Assembly: GCA_002269645.1 (NCBI GenBank)
Contig: NIVC01001025.1
Location: forward strand, 62,001-126,000
DNA length: 64,000 nt
Reading direction: 5' to 3'
DNA from: Macrostomum lignano
Taxonomy: Eukaryota
In this document: positions 49,785 through 61,240 of the stretch, piece after piece
How the letters are laid out: every line of letters begins with the position of its first letter
How positions within the stretch are numbered: position 1 is the first letter of the stretch
Notes under the pieces: model-generated
The model's input: the letters and a program-made list of their open reading frames with translations, nothing else
Database searches by the model: none
Told to the model about the DNA's origin: nothing
Translations under genes and position numbers: made by a program

Positions 49785-50518
49785 GTTCCAGATCCCACAG
49801 TCCGAGAGTAGAAGAGTCCCAGATCCCACAGTCCGAGAGTAGAAGAGTCCCAGATCCCACAGTCCGAGAGTAGAAGAGTCCCAGATCCCACAGTCCCACA
49901 GCAGAACAGTCCCAGATCCCACAGTCTAACAGCAGAACAGTCCCAGATCCCACAGTCCGAGAGTAGAAGAGTCCCAGATCCCACAGTCCGAGAGTAGAAG
50001 AGTCCCAGATCCCACAGTCCGAGAGTAGAAGAGTCCCAGATCCCACAGTCCCACAGCAGAACAGTCCCAGATCCCACAGTCTAACAGCAGAACAGTCCCA
50101 GATCCCACAGTCCGAGAGTAGAAGAGTCCCAGATCCCACAGTCCGAGAGTAGAAGAGTCCCAGATCCCACAGTCCGAGAGTAGAAGAGTCCCAGATCCCA
50201 CAGTCCCACAGCAGAACAGTCCCAGATCCCACAGTCTAACAGCAGAACAGTCCCAGATCCCACAGTCCGAGAGTAGAAGAGTCCCAGATCCCACAGTCCC
50301 ACAGCAGAACAGTCCCAGATCCCACAGTCCCACAGCAGAACAGTCCCAGATTCCACAGTCTAACAGCAGAAGAGTCCCAGATCCCACAGTCTAACAGCAA
50401 AAGAGTCACAGATCCCACAGTCTAACAGCAAAAGAGTCACAGATCCCACAGTCTAACAGCAGAAGAGTCCCAGATCCCGCAGTCTAACAGCAGAAGAGTC
50501 CCAGATCCCACAGTCCGA
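49785..50518 (-). repeat. The same 31-bp minisatellite in inverted orientation, right arm
   Basis: CAGATCCCACAGTC... is the reverse complement of the left-arm unit. Confidence 0.95.
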
Positions 50519-50964
50519 CAATGCAAAATCTGTACAAGCTGTGTGCAAATCCTTCGGCTGCTGGATAACAATTCGTACTAGGCTGCATTGTAAGTTGATA
50601 AAAAGATAAAAGCCATCATGCAGCTATGCTGGACACAATGGCGAGCTTTTTTAATTGATTGATAAGCTTTAGCGCAGCTTACCCAAGCTGACAGCTCTTG
50701 GCAGTTGCAGAGCTGTCGATGACAACTGAGTTGGCAGATAGGCCCGTGTTGCTGCTTCAACTAGTACTAAACTTGCATGACAATAACTATGCACTACCAG
50801 CCTCATATATGTGTTCATCATTCTGTCTGGCTTTGGTCAGCCATGCGGGTTCCAATCTAATTATTCTGATGGCATCTCATTTCATGGAAAACCAGGCCTT
50901 TAAAAAGAGAAAAATGGCGACGAGAAGATGGGGATGAGAGGAAGAGGATTAGAGGAAGGAGCTG

Positions 50965-51930
50965 ATATGAAAAGGTTGAAATGGATGGGTGAGATGGAGT
51001 GGGTGAGATGGAGTGGGTGAGGGTGAGATGGAAGGGGTGAGATGGAAGTGGTGAGATGTAAGGGGTGAGATGGAAGGGATGAGATGGAAGGGGTGAGGTG
51101 GAAGGGGTGAGATGGAAGGGGTGAGATGGAAGGGGTGAGATGGAAGGGGTGAGATGGAAGGGGTGAGATGGAAGGAGTGAGATGGAAGGGGTGAGATGGA
51201 GGGTTGAGATGGAAGGGGTGAGATGGAAGGGTGAGATGTGAGGGTGAGATGGAAGGTTGAGATGGAAGGGGTGAGATTTGAGGGTGAGACGGAAGGTTGA
51301 GATGGAAGGGGTGAGATGTGAGGGTGAGAGGGAAGGGTGAGATGGAAGGGGTGAGGTGGAAGGGGTGAGATGGAAGGGGTGAGATGGATGGGGTGAGATG
51401 GAAGGGGTGAGATGGAAGGGGTGAGATGGAAGGGGTGAGATGGAGGGTTGAGATGGAAGGGGTGAGATGGAAGGGGTGAGATGGAAGGGTGAGATGTGAG
51501 GGTGAGATGGAAGGTTGAGATGGAAGGGGTGAGATGTGAGGGTGAGATGGAAGGTTGAGATGGAAGGGGTGAGATGTGAGGGTGAGAGGGAAGGGTGAGA
51601 TGGAAGGGGTGAGGTGGAAGGGGTGAGATGGAAGGGGTGAGATGGAAGGGGTGAGATGGAAGGGGTGAGATGGAAGGGGTGAGATGGAGGGTTGAGATGG
51701 AAGGGGTGAGATGGAAGGGGTGAGATGGAGGGTTGAGATGGAAGGGGTGAGATGGAAGGGGTGAGAGGGAAGGGTGAGATGTGAGGGTGAGATGGAAGGT
51801 TGAGAGGGAAGGGTGAGATGTGAGGGTGAGATGGAAGGTTGAGATGGAAGGGGTGAGATGTGAGGGTGAGATGGAAGGTTGAGATGGAAGGGGTGAGATG
51901 TGAGGGTGAGAGGGAAGGTTGAGATGCAAG
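50965..51930. repeat. 13/14-bp purine-rich minisatellite (GTGAGATGGAAGGG)
   Basis: Units at 51121, 51135, 51149 and onward. Confidence 0.95.
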
Positions 51931-52295
51931 GGTGGGTGAGAGAAGGGGACTGTCAGGAGAGTCATGAACAGTAAAAGCATGGGCGGGAAAAATGCGAAGA
52001 GAGCGAGAGGCTTGGGAGAAAGCTGCTGAATAGAAAAAAGGGGAAGTTAGAGAATTGTGAGGTCGGTGGGAGAGAGTGAGGTAAGGAACGCCCACCTTGG
52101 GAGTATTGATTGGGGAATACAGTAAGGGACAATACCCACGCGGCGGCTGCCTAAGCATTCCACCTTGCCATCCCAACGCTGCCTTAAGCCTCAACCTCCG
52201 TCACGCCCCACTTTTTCTGCTTCCTTCCTCCGATTCCTCACTAATGCTCAAGCTTATGGAAGAAGTTGCGGCTCTTCTCCGACACGCAAGCTCAC

Positions 52296-52502
52296 AGCTG
52301 GAGGCCTCTCCGTCCCGCCTCAACACGTGCAAGTGTGTTGAGCAGAATCGGCATTGAGGGATTTTGTTTGAGCGCGTGAATGAGAAGGCTTTCTTTCGCT
52401 TTGTAAAAAAGCCAATTGCAAAGTTTAACAAAGAGAGACATGAGGCCAGGACCTTGGAGTAGCAGCTCTGTCTCAAAACCAGCACTGTCAGATACCAATG
52501 AC
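52296..52502 (-). CDS. Putative exon (phase 2-2) of an orphan multi-exon gene
   Basis: AAACTTCAG|G TCA ... CAG CT|GTGAGC; open SLVSDSAGFETELLLQGPGLMSLFVKLCNWLFYKAKESLLIHALKQNPSMPILLNTLARVEAGRRGLQ. No family recognised. Confidence 0.4.
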
Positions 52503-52611
52503 CTGAAGTTTCTTTTCCAGTGTACATACAGCAGATTCTGCTGCTATGGCTTTATGAGCTTCTTCGCCTCATTGCTTACAGGTTATAAGTCATAGTTCAG
52601 CTTGTGACTCA

Positions 52612-52990
52612 CGGCTCATAGCTCATGGCTTATAGCTTATGGCTCATAGGTCATAGCTCATAGCTCATAGCTCATAGCTCATAGCTCATAGCTCATAACT
52701 CATAGCTCATAACTCATAGCTCATGGTTCATAGCTTATGGCTCATAGGTCATAGCTCATAGCTCATAGCTCATAGCTCATAGCTCATAGCTCATAACTCA
52801 TAGCTCATGGTTCATAGCTTATGGCTCCTACCTCATAGCTCATAGCTCATAGCTCATAACTCATAGCTCATAACTCATAGCTCATGGTTCATAGCTTATG
52901 GCTCATAGCTCATAGCTCATAGCTCATAGCTCATAGCTCATAGCTCACTGCTCATAGCTCATAACTCAGTTCATAGCTCATAGCTCATAC
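52612..52990. repeat. 7-bp repeat (CTCATAG)n
   Basis: Direct inspection. Confidence 0.93.
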
Positions 52991-53173
52991 GAGCAAGTTA
53001 ATACCTCATAGCTAATTTGTCCAATCAAGTGCAAACGAAGGCATACCAGTGCTAATACGAGTATATCAGCAGCGCTGATAGTTAGTAGTTCATGGCTCAT
53101 AGAGACTATCTCATAGGCTATTGCTTAGAATCTAAACTCGCGTAGCAGTGAGCTAGTCAGTCTAGTGCTCTAC

Positions 53174-53336
53174 TGGTGTCCAAAATAGGGGCCTGAGGAA
53201 AGCTTGTAAGTCCAGGTTCTGGGCGTAGCAAACACCCACTCAGCTTCCACTGCATCCGTGAAATGTTGCTTATTTCTGTCCAGCTTTCTCCAATTTAGTT
53301 CAGTCTGGGGATTCACTCCCCACTGACACCAGTCCC
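53174..53336 (-). CDS. Putative exon (phase 1-2) of the same orphan gene
   Basis: CATTCAG|GG GAC ... CAC CA|GTAGAG; DWCQWGVNPQTELNWRKLDRNKQHFTDAVEAEWVFATPRTWTYKLSSGPYFGH; phase fits the next exon. Confidence 0.38.
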
Positions 53337-53868
53337 CTGAATGCTTAACCACTGTAGCACTAGGCTGTGTCTCCCATTGGTCTATCCGGCTTTAGCCAAT
53401 CAAAATCGAGCTATGGCTATTACTATAATCCAGGAGCAGCAGTAGTAAGCTCTACGCTGCTGGGCGTCATTACGGAGTGGGCGGGAAGAGAGAGAGAGAG
53501 TGACAGTTGTCTATAGCGAAGCGATAATTGGACCTGGGGGGTTGGGAGAGGGTGGTGGTTCCACGCCCGAAAGCCTCCTCCCGCAGGCAGCGGGGGCTAT
53601 AAACCGCTGTCCTCACTCATGCCGCCAACAATCACACGCTTGTCCTGGTGTAGCAGGGTGGAGAGTGCTTAGGCTACAGTAAAGCGCTGAGAAGTTTTTT
53701 TTGAGAATCCAAGGATAGATCAACTCTAATTGATTATAGAGTAGACACTGGGCAGAGACTTGCTATTTTGATTCTTTAGAACCAAAAAAGGAGATGCGGC
53801 ATACCGGAGGTGAGTTTACAGAGAAGACTCTTTACTGGAATTTAGTACTCGAAGTTATTAGTGGATTC

Positions 53869-55595
53869 CAGGGGCGGATTTAAGGGGGACCGCCCCCATC
53901 TTGTGGCTGGCCCCTTTTTCCTTTGGGCTAATAAGGTCCTCACCGCCCTCAGTTTGCTCAGTATGGCGCCTCTCTTGTCTATATTATGGCGCGCCTCTTG
54001 TCTATATTATGGCGCCCCTCTCGTCTACGGTATATTATGGTGTCCCTCTTGTCTATATTTGGCGCCCCTCTTGTTTATATTATAACGCCCCTCTAGTGTA
54101 TATTATGGTGCCCCTCTAGTGTATATTATGGTGCCCCTCTCGTGTATATTATGGCGCCCCTCTAGTGTATATTATGGTGCCCCCCTAGTGTATATTATGG
54201 TGCCCCTCTAGTGTATATTATGGTGCCCCTCTTGTCTATATTTGGCGCCCCTCTTGTTTATATTATAACGCCCCTCTCGTGTATATTATGGCGCCCCTCT
54301 CGTGTATATTATGGTGCCCCTCTAGTGTATATTATGGTGCCCCCCTAGTGTATATTATGGCGCCCCTCTCGTGTATATTATGGCGCCCCTCTAGTGTATA
54401 TTATGGTGCCCCTCTAGTGTATATTATGGTGCCCCTCTAGTGTATATTATGGCGCCCCTCTCGTGTATATTATGGTGCCCCTCTAGTGTATATTATGGCG
54501 CCCCTCTCGTCTACGGTATATTATGGTGTCCCTCTTGTCTATATTTGGCGCCCCTCTTGTTTATATTATAACGCCCCTCTAGTGTATATTATGGTGCCCC
54601 TCTCGTGTATATTATGGCGCCCCTCTAGTGTATATTATGGTGCCCCTCTTGTCTATATTTGGCGCCCCTCTTGTTTATATTATAACGCCCCTCTAGTGTA
54701 TATTATGGTGCCCCTCTAGTGTATATTATGGCGCCCCTCTAGTGTATATTATGGCGCCCCTCTCGTTTATATTATAACGCTCCTCTCGTCTATACTATGG
54801 CGCCCTTCTCGTCTATATTATGGCGCCCCTCTTGTCTATATTATAACGCCCCTCTTGTTTATATTATAACGCCCCTCTTGTTTATATTATAACGCCCCTC
54901 TTGTCTATATTATAACGCCCCTCTTGTTTATATTATAACGCCCCTCTTGTCTATATTATAACGCCCCTCTTGTCTATATTATAAAGCCCCTCTTGTCTAT
55001 ATTATAATGCCCCTCTTGTCTATATTATAACGCCCCTCTTGTCTATATTATAACGCCCCTCTTGTCTATATTATAACGCCCTTCTCGTCTATATTATGAC
55101 GCCCCTCTAGTGTATATTATGGTGCCCCTCTAGTGTATATTATGGCGCCCCTCTAGTGTATATTATGGCGCCCCTCTAGTGTATATTATGGCGCCCTTCT
55201 CGTCTATATTATGGCGCCCCTCTTGTCTATATTATAACGCCCCTCTTGTTTATATTATAACGCCCTCTTGTTTATATTATAACGCCCCTCTTGTCTATAT
55301 TATAACGCCCCTCTTGTTTATATTATAACGCCCCTCTTGTCTATATTATAACGCCCCTCTTGTCTATATTATACCGCCCCTCTCGTCTATACTATGGCGC
55401 CCTTCTCGTCTATATTATGACGCCCCTCTAGTGTATATTATGGCGCCCCTCTAGTGTATATTATGGCGCCCCTCTAGTGTATACTATGGCGCTCCTCTCG
55501 TCTATACCATGGCGCCCCTCTCGTCTATACTACGGCACACCACTCTTATGGTTAAAATCCACTCCCCTCATTTTATATTTCTAAATCCGCCTCTG
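53869..55595. mobile_element. Non-autonomous hAT element with a perfect 8-bp TSD; interior is a 22-23-bp minisatellite
   Basis: TIR CAGGGGCGGATTTA ... TAAATCCGCCTCTG; TSD GTGGATTC at 53861-53868 and 55596-55603; about 53960-55540 is (GTGTATATTATGGCGCCCCTCTA)-type repeats. Confidence 0.92.
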
Positions 55596-56394
55596 GTGGA
55601 TTCCAGTAGGAAAGTTTAATACACGCAGGCAACAGATCTGTATCTGTAAAAGATGCATCTATGGTTTATGGTTAACAGCAACTAAGGTTAAAGAATAGCC
55701 CTAAACCAAGGAATTTTAAATCTAGCATTTAGAATTCCTTGCCTAAACCCAAAAAATGGAAATGACAAAATGACAATCGGTCATTTAAAAAAACGAAATT
55801 TTACAGTGTACACTGTCAAAGTTAAGATTGATCATAATTACGGAACTTTTCTAAACTTTCGAACTTGAATTGAATCTTGCGAATAGGGTTAGTAGTATGC
55901 TACATCTGGTTTAGGGCTAAAGGCTACCCTATGAAGTTTAGTACGTGGTTACATCCCTAACACTTGAACGAAGGGTTGTTTAAGCCAGGTGACATCCCTG
56001 CACTCACACAGCTTGCTTCATCGTGCTTCTGATCTGCTGCACCCAAACCTGCCTGCCTGCTTTGGCTAACAAGCAGATCAAGGGATGGCCATTGCGCTTG
56101 ACTTTTTGGCTGACAGACAGGGAGGTCAGTTTCACAAAGGCCCAGAGCATCCAGCATCCCCTTGGCACCCAGTCAGTTGCCATGCCTTTCTGACAGTTGC
56201 CGCTGTCTGTCTCTTTCTAGTGTAGTGTGTCGGATTTCCGCAGAGTTGATGAGCGGGTGTGGTGAAGGATAGCGAGTCCTGTGCACGAAACACTAGCCCA
56301 GGGAGCTAGAGAATTAGACAGTCAGGCCCGCTGTACATCCTGTGGCAGCGTGTGTAAGAGTGCGTGCCTGAGTACAGTGTTGGCATATGCTCAT

Positions 56395-58035
56395 AGGGTC
56401 ACACTCTCAATAGTAACAGAAGGGTCACACTCTCAATAGTAACAGAGGGTCACACTCTCAATAGTAACAGAGGGTCACACAATAGTAACTGAGGGTCACA
56501 CAATAGTAACTGAGGGTCACACAATAGTAACTGAGGGTCACACAATAGTAACAGAGGGTCACACAATGGTAACAGAGGGTCACACAATAGTAACAGAGGG
56601 TCACACTCTCAATGGTAACTGAGGGTCACTCTCTCAATGGTAACAGAGGGTCACACAATAGTAACAGAGGGTCACACAATAGTAACTGAGGGTCACACAA
56701 TAGTAACAGAGGGTCACACAATGGTAACAGAGGGTCACACAATAGTAACAGAGGGTCACACTCTCAATGGTAACAGAGGGTCACACTCTCAATAGTAACA
56801 GAGGGTCACACTCTCAATAGTAACAGAGGGTCACACTCTCAATAGTAACAGAGGGTCACACTCTCAATAGTAACAGAGGGTCACACTCTCAATAGTAACA
56901 GAGGGTCACACTCTCAATAGTAACAGAGGGTCACACTCTCAATAGTAACAGAGGGTCACACTCTCAATAGTAACAGAGGGTCACACTCTCAATAGTAACA
57001 GAGGGTCACACTCTCAATAGTAACAGAGGGTCACACTCTCAATAGTAACAGAGGGTCACACTCTCAATAGTAACAGAGGGTCACACTCTCAATAGTAACA
57101 GAGGGTCACACAATAGTAACTGAGGGTCACACAATAGTAACTGAGGGTCACACAATAGTAACAGAGGGTCACACAATGGTAACAGAGGGTCACACAATAG
57201 TAACAGAGGGTCACACTCTCAATGGTAACTGAGGGTCACTCTCTCAATGGTAACAGAGGGTCACACAATAGTAACTGAGGGTCACACAATAGTAACTGAG
57301 GGTCACACAATAGTAACTGAGGGTCACACAATAGTAACAGAGGGTCACACAATGGTAACAGAGGGTCACACAATAGTAACAGAGGGTCACACTCTCAATG
57401 GTAACTGAGGGTCACTCTCTCAATGGTAACAGAGGGTCACACAATAGTAACAGAGGGTCACACAATAGTAACTGAGGGTCACACAATAGTAACAGAGGGT
57501 CACACAATGGTAACAGAGGGTCACACAATAGTAACAGAGGGTCACACTCTCAATGGTAACAGAGGGTCACACTCTCAATAGTAACAGAGGGTCACACTCT
57601 CAATAGTAACAGAGGGTCACACTCTCAATAGTAACAGAGGGTCACACAATAGTAACAGAGGGTCACACTCTCAATAGTAACAGAGGGTCACACTCTCAAT
57701 AGTAACAGAGGGTCACACAATAGTAACAGAGGGTCACACTCTCAATAGTAACAGAGGGTCACACTCTCAATAGTAACAGAGGGTCACACTCTCAATAGTA
57801 ACTGAAGGTCACACTCTCAATAGTAACAGAGGGTCACACAATAGTAACAGAGGGTCACACAATGGTAACAGAGGGTCACACAATAGTAACAGAGGGTCAC
57901 ACAATGGTAACAGAGGGTCACACAATAGTAACAGAGGGTCACACAATAGTAACAGAGGGTCACACAATAGTAACAGAGGGTCACACAATAGTAACAGAGG
58001 GTCACACAATAGTAACAGAGGGTCACACTCAATGG
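56395..58035. repeat. 25/21-bp minisatellite (GTAACAGAGGGTCACAC[TCTC]AATA)
   Basis: 25-bp units at 56821, 56846 and 56871; 21-bp variants lack TCTC. Confidence 0.96.
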
Positions 58036-58070
58036 TAGCAGAGGACCGTCTTCTCTCACCGTCCGAGCAG

Positions 58071-58609
58071 ATTCGAACGAGTTCCGAACTCGCCGGCCGG
58101 CGGCTCAGCTGCTTGCAGCTGTCGTCATTGCCGGCCTCCTGCTGATCATCGTCAGCCTTCTGGGCCTCCTCGGAGTGCTGATTTTCCATCAGTTGGCCGG
58201 CGATGATGCGTCAGCGGCTGCTTCAATGCTAGCAGAATCTTCTTCGCCAGGAGAAAGCGCCGAGCCCAGCCTCTCGAAGCTCTACTCCGCCGCTCTGACC
58301 GAAATCGTTTTCGATACATATCGGCGCCGTCAGCTGGAGCAACAGCTACTAGAATCGAATTGTCGGCGACGTTATCGGAGCCTGCGACCGCTGGGCGCCG
58401 GCTGGAGCAAAGCTGCTGAGCTGGCTGTGGACGCTCAGACCGGGGAGACAGTGGCGTTGAAGCGGCCTCACCGAAGCGGTCGCGACATGCTCGACTGCCT
58501 GCGAAGGCGACTCGGCGACGTCGACGGTTGCTACGAGCGATTGGCTGGCAAATTCCTGCGCGAACTCGTCTTCCTGCAGTCGCTGGACGGCACCGATGGG
58601 ATCGTCAGG
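58071..58609 (+). CDS. PKDCC: PKDCC/VLK (SgK493)-like secretory-pathway protein kinase: exon with signal anchor and kinase N-lobe; later exons not found in the window
   Basis: CCGAGCAG|AT TCG (phase 1) to AGG|GTGAGC. Hydrophobic AAVVIAGLLLIIVSLLGLLGVLIF, then GAGWSKA...VALKRPHRSGRDMLDCLRR..GCYERLAGKFLRELVFLQSL, recalled to match PKDCC GSGYTKA...VALK....GHDLGSC....[20 protein letters not shown]. Confidence 0.78.
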
Positions 58610-58632
58610 GTGAGCTGGAAGAAATGAAAGCA

Positions 58633-59282
58633 GTGTGAATGGGGCTGACTGGGTGTGAATGGAGCTGACTGGGATGTGAATTGAGCTGTCGAGGGTGTGA
58701 ATGGAGCTAAATTGTGAATTGAGCTGACTGGGATGTGAATGGGGCTGGATAGGGTGTGAATGGGGCTGACTGGGGTGTGAATGGGGCTGACTGGGGTGTG
58801 AATTGAGCTGACTTGGTGTGAATTGAGCTAACTAGGGTGTGAATGGGGCTGACTGGGGTGTGAATGAAGCTGACTGGGGTGTGAATGAGGCTGACTGGGT
58901 GTGAATTGAGCCAACTAGGGTGTGAATGGGGCTGACTGGGGTGTGAATGGAGCTGACTGGGTGTGAATGGGGCTGACTGGGGTGTGAATGGGGCTGAATA
59001 GGGTGTGAATGGGGCTGATTGGGTGTGAATTGAGCCAACTAGGGTGTGAATGGGGCTGACTGGGGTGTGAATGGAGCTGACTGAGATGTGAATGGAGCTG
59101 ACTGGGGTGTGAATGGGGCTGAATAGGGTGTGAATGGGGCTGATTGGGTGTGAATTGAGCCAACTAGGGTGTGAATGGGGCTGACTGGGGTGTGAATGGA
59201 GCTGACTGAGATGTGAATGGGGCTGGATAGGGTGTAAATGGGGCTGACTGGGGTGTGAATGGACCTGGCTAGGGTGTGAATC
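58633..59282. repeat. 20-22-bp minisatellite (GTGTGAATGGGGCTGACTGGG) starting about 20 bp after the kinase exon donor
   Basis: Direct inspection. Confidence 0.95.
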
Positions 59283-59830
59283 TGAGTGTTACGAGTGTGA
59301 ATGAATAACATGGGAGTATCGGGAGCGTGAACAAGGCTCTGTAACTGAGGAGTGCGTGACAACTTTCTGCAAGCATCGGGCCTATTTGCAACTCAGTGTA
59401 TACTAGCTAATGCTGCAATCTTTGCATAAACTCCCGCAACATGCGGGCTTCTCCTCTCAACAACACAGCAAGTGAGCCACCTATCATCCACTTTACTCCG
59501 TCGCAATTATTCTCGTCATTGTGAAAGCAAGCAAGCTCAGAACATCTTGCTTTTTCATATCATTATTCTCCTTCTTCTTCTTCTGCTTCTGCTTCAAGTG
59601 CGAGTAGAATCTTCAACCAGCTTAGCAGCAGGCGTCTTAATCAGCTTAATGAGCTGGCCAAGCATGGGGCTTTTGAGGGGCTGCTTCATTCATTAATGGG
59701 TCTGGGGGTGGGCTTGGCTGCCGTACCGAAGTCCTGCATGCCAGCTAGCCCGATCATGGACACTTAAATAGAGTCTGGAATAGCACCTCTCCCCCTTTCT
59801 ACTGACCTTCTTTTTACGGAATCTGTCGGT

Positions 59831-60645
59831 AGGTTCACGGTCTTTGCTGCATCACAGTCCCTGGGTTCACGGTCTTTGCTGCATCACAGTCCCTGGGTTC
59901 ACGGTCTTTGCTGCATCACAGTCCCTGGGTTCACGGTCTTTGCTGCATCACAGTCCCTGGGTTCACGGTCTTTGCTGCATCACAGTCCGTGGGTTCACGG
60001 TCTTTGCTGCATCACAGTCCCTGGGTTCACGGTATTTGCAGAGGCACAGTCCCTGGGTTCACGGTCTTTGCTGCATCACAGTCCCTGGGTTCACGGTCTT
60101 TGCTGCATCACAGTCCCTGGGTTCACGGTATTTGCAGAGGCACAGTCCCTGGGTTCACGGTCTTTGCTGCATCACAGTCCCTGGGTTCACGGTCTTTGCT
60201 GCATCACAGTCCCTGGGTTCACGGTCTTTGCTGCATCACAGTCCCTGGGTTCACGGTCTTTGCTGCATCACAGTCCCTGGGTTCACGGTCTTTGCTGCAT
60301 CACAGTCCCTGGGTTCACGGTCTTTGCTGCATCACAGTCCCTGGGTTCACGGTCTTTGCTGCATCACAGTCCGTGGGTTCACGGTCTTTGCTGCATCACA
60401 GTCCCTGGGTTCACGGTATTTGCAGAGGCACAGTCCCTGGGTTCACGGTCTTTGCTGCATCACAGTCCCTGGGTTCACGGTCTTTGCTGCATCACAGTCC
60501 CTGGGTTCACGGTATTTGCAGAGGCACAGTCCCTGGGTTCACGGTCTTTGCTGCATCACAGTCCCTGGGTTCACGGTCTTTGCAGAGTCACAGCCCCTGG
60601 GTTCACGATCTTTGCTGCATTATAGTCCCTGGGTTCACGGTCTTT
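59831..60645. repeat. 32-bp minisatellite (GTTCACGGTCTTTGCTGCATCACAGTCCCTGG)
   Basis: Direct inspection. Confidence 0.96.
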
Positions 60646-61240
60646 GCGGCAAAGTCAAAGTCATCGAGTTCACGGGTAAAAAATGTTTTGAAAAGTTCTA
60701 TCTAAGCCATCTCATAGGCTGTGACTCAGAATTTGAAGTTTTTATAGCAAGAGCCAATCTTTAAAATGAGACCAGCTTCATTATCAGTAAATTCGAACGA
60801 CACTGAAAATGTTTTTTGACGAAAAGACTGTAGCCACTCCTGATACTCATTGAAGACCTCCCTGGCCTATGGGTCATCCAGCTGCATGTTAGGAGGCCCG
60901 AGTGGCCCTACAGTTTGATTAAAATATCTTCTTCAGAACTGGCGAGGCTCATTAAGAGAAGCAGCTGCCCCCCGCTGCGGAGAGTCTGGCACAGTGAAGT
61001 GGCTTAATGCATTTAAAATTAAATCTCGGCCATGCCTGTACCTTCTGAGAGTCTGAGAGGCTCAAGCCAGCAGATTTTTATCAGGACTATCAGACGATCA
61101 ATTATAGTGGGATAGTTTATGCAGTATTTCAGCTAGCTTTATAGCAATACAGCTCTGAATATCTAGATTCACTGTGTCATGGGTACTGATGATGAAGCTG
61201 TAGAAGCTTTAAAACGAGGTTGCTGAGGTTGGCCACGGGC

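Noticed and set aside
50857-52194. 445-aa and 343-aa His/Pro/Ser-rich ORFs
   Set aside because: They are translations of the 14-bp minisatellite.
53960-55540. Multimerised Mad/Medea/Schnurri silencer GRCGNC-N5-GTCT
   Set aside because: Spacing in the units is N6 (GGCGCC CCTCTT GTCT), and the motif requires N5.
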